Assembly: GCA_903897805.1 (NCBI GenBank)
Contig: CAIUCV010000017.1
Coordinates: forward strand, 5,725-69,724
Direction: 5' to 3'
Source of the DNA: Candidatus Yanofskybacteria bacterium
GTDB lineage: Bacteria; Patescibacteriota; Minisyncoccia; 2-02-FULL-40-12; IGHO2-01-FULL-4-A
Length of the DNA stretch: 64,000 nucleotides
Position 1 is the stretch's first letter, and every line of letters starts with the position of its first letter. The translations under genes and the position numbers were made by a program. The notes beneath the pieces were generated by a model. The model was given only the letters and a program-made list of their open reading frames with translations, did no database searches and was not told where the DNA came from. Positions 62,636 to 64,000 of this stretch are shown one piece after another.

Positions 62636-62845
62636 ATGACCGGAACTATCAAAACCCTCGTTAAGGATAGAAAATTCGGATTCATTGTTCGTGAAGGTCA
62701 GGCAGACGGAACAAAGGATCTGTTCTTTCATTCCGAGGACTTGAGTGGCGTGACATTTGAGGAATTGAACGAAGGCGACAAGGTCTCCTTTGATGAAGTT
62801 ATGGGCGAAAAAGGCCCAGCCGCCAAAAACGTAAAGCGCGAATAA
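62636..62845 (+). CDS. Cold-shock protein (CspA family)
   Basis: MTGTIKTLVKDRKFGFI.RE.....D.FFH cold-shock domain. The tracked ORF begins at a TTG at 62549 inside the promoter. Confidence 0.85.
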   Translation: MTGTIKTLVKDRKFGFIVREGQADGTKDLFFHSEDLSGVTFEELNEGDKVSFDEVMGEKGPAAKNVKRE

Positions 62846-62894
62846 CCATCGCAAAAAACCGTCCCGCCTAGGCGGGACGGTTTTTTGATTCCTT

Positions 62895-63929
62895 TCAAAT
62901 AAGAGATTGCTGGTCGGTCTTTTTCAGACCAAGATGTTTGGCGGCAAGGTCGGTAAGTACCCGGCCTCGCGAGGTACGGGCCAAAAAGCCGATTTGCATG
63001 AGATAAGGTTCGTAGACGTCTTCTATGGTTTCTTCTTCTTCGGCGATGGCCGCGGCGATTGATTTAAGCCCCGCCGGTCCGCCGTTGAAGTTTTTGGAAA
63101 TCACGTCAAGTATTTTTCGGTCTGTCGCATCCAGCCCCAGTTCGTCTATGCCAAGAAGCGACAAGGCCTCGGTTGCGAGAGGTTCGGTAAGAATGGGGGA
63201 GTTTTTAACTTGAGCGTAATCCCTGGTGCGCTTAAGCAGACGGTTGGCAATTCTTGGAGTAAAACGCGACGAGGCAGCAATTTTAGCCAGGGCCCCATCT
63301 CCCGTTTTAACTTTCAACAATTGGGCGGAACGCTGCAGGATCTTTTCAATCTCTTTTTGGTTGTAGAAATCAAGCTTGTAATGAGCGCCGAATCGCGAAC
63401 GAAACGGGTTGGAAAGCAGTGAAATTCTGGTAGTGGCGGCAATCAGGGTGAAACGGGGAAGTTTAACCTGTAATGTTTTGGCGGAAGTGCCTTTGCCGAT
63501 TATGATGTCAAGACAGTAATTTTCCATTGCCGGGTAAAGAGTTTCTTCCACCGTTTTATTAAGCCGGTGAACTTCGTCAATGAATAGAAAATCACCATCA
63601 GACAGGCCCGTTAAGATAGAACCGATATCTCCCGCCTTCTCCATTGCCGCGCCGGAAGTTATCCTGATACCTGCCCCGCTTTCTTTGGCGATAAGATAGG
63701 CCAGGGTGGTCTTGCCCAGCCCCGACGGGCCGTGAATCAGTATATGCTCCAGCGGTTCATTGCGTTTTTTTGCGGCACCGATCAGTATGGCTAAGTTTCC
63801 CTTTACGTTCTCTTGGCCTATAAAATCATTAAAAGTGGTCGGCCTTAAAGCAAGGTCTAAAACCTGATCGTCTGGTCCCTGCAATAAAGCGCTTTTTTTC
63901 TTAGTTTCGTTGGGTAAAACCATGATCAA
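62895..63929 (-). CDS. ruvB: Holliday junction branch-migration helicase RuvB
   Basis: AAA+ P-loop HGPSGLGKTTLA and DE..H; C-terminal winged helix. Confidence 0.93.
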   Translation of the reverse strand: MIMVLPNETKKKSALLQGPDDQVLDLALRPTTFNDFIGQENVKGNLAILIGAAKKRNEPLEHILIHGPSGLGKTTLAYLIAKESGAGIRITSGAAMEKAGDIGSILTGLSDGDFLFIDEVHRLNKTVEETLYPAMENYCLDIIIGKGTSAKTLQVKLPRFTLIAATTRISLLSNPFRSRFGAHYKLDFYNQKEIEKILQRSAQLLKVKTGDGALAKIAASSRFTPRIANRLLKRTRDYAQVKNSPILTEPLATEALSLLGIDELGLDATDRKILDVISKNFNGGPAGLKSIAAAIAEEEETIEDVYEPYLMQIGFLARTSRGRVLTDLAAKHLGLKKTDQQSLI

Positions 63930-64000
63930 AGGGGCTTGACAGGCGCAGTTTTTTTGTATACAATACTATCAGCATCCCTTGATAGGGATTTTAATTTAAG

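Overview
This 64 kb window is a compact, gene-dense bacterial chromosome segment, mostly housekeeping genes on both strands. It spans the classic replication-origin neighbourhood (rpmH-rnpA-yidD-yidC-jag on the minus strand, dnaA-dnaN on the plus strand). It also holds gyrB, secE-nusG-rplK, tmk plus a ThyX-like gene, gatB, miaA, thrS, dnaE, rpmF-nusB-rnc, rpsP-KH-trmD, a split transketolase, gap, rnhB, pcrA, ksgA, lnt, a PBP1A, tyrS, ruvC, yebC and ruvB. There is one 16S rRNA gene (~20680-22154) with its own promoter, an 18-bp leader/trailer processing stem and its own terminator; no 23S or 5S follows it. The usual spacer tRNAs, tRNA-Ile(GAU) and tRNA-Ala(UGC), sit as lone genes about 9-10 kb downstream. 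Taken together, the divergent 16S primer sites, unlinked rRNA, split transketolase, missing rplA after rplK and many small secreted proteins suggest a CPR/Patescibacteria-like or similarly reduced genome; that is my inference. The most interesting locus is ~38.2-48.8 kb. It looks like a Gram-positive-type type IV secretion / DNA-translocation cluster: a VirB6/TrbL-like polytopic membrane protein, a VirB3-like small membrane protein, and a VirB4 ATPase split into two adjacent ORFs. These are flanked by secreted Ca-binding and Cys-rich proteins, a beta-propeller protein and small membrane proteins; no relaxase or VirD4 is in the window. Other notable items: a nucleotide-conserved hairpin-plus-palindrome element inserted twice in gyrB in different reading frames; a long inverted-repeat stem directly upstream of rnc; a ~460-nt non-coding region rich in GC hairpins (49.34-49.81 kb); a B12-binding radical-SAM gene where rimM normally sits; and simple-sequence repeats inside the lnt and ksgA CDSs and a large secreted PT-rich protein carrying CWWW motifs.
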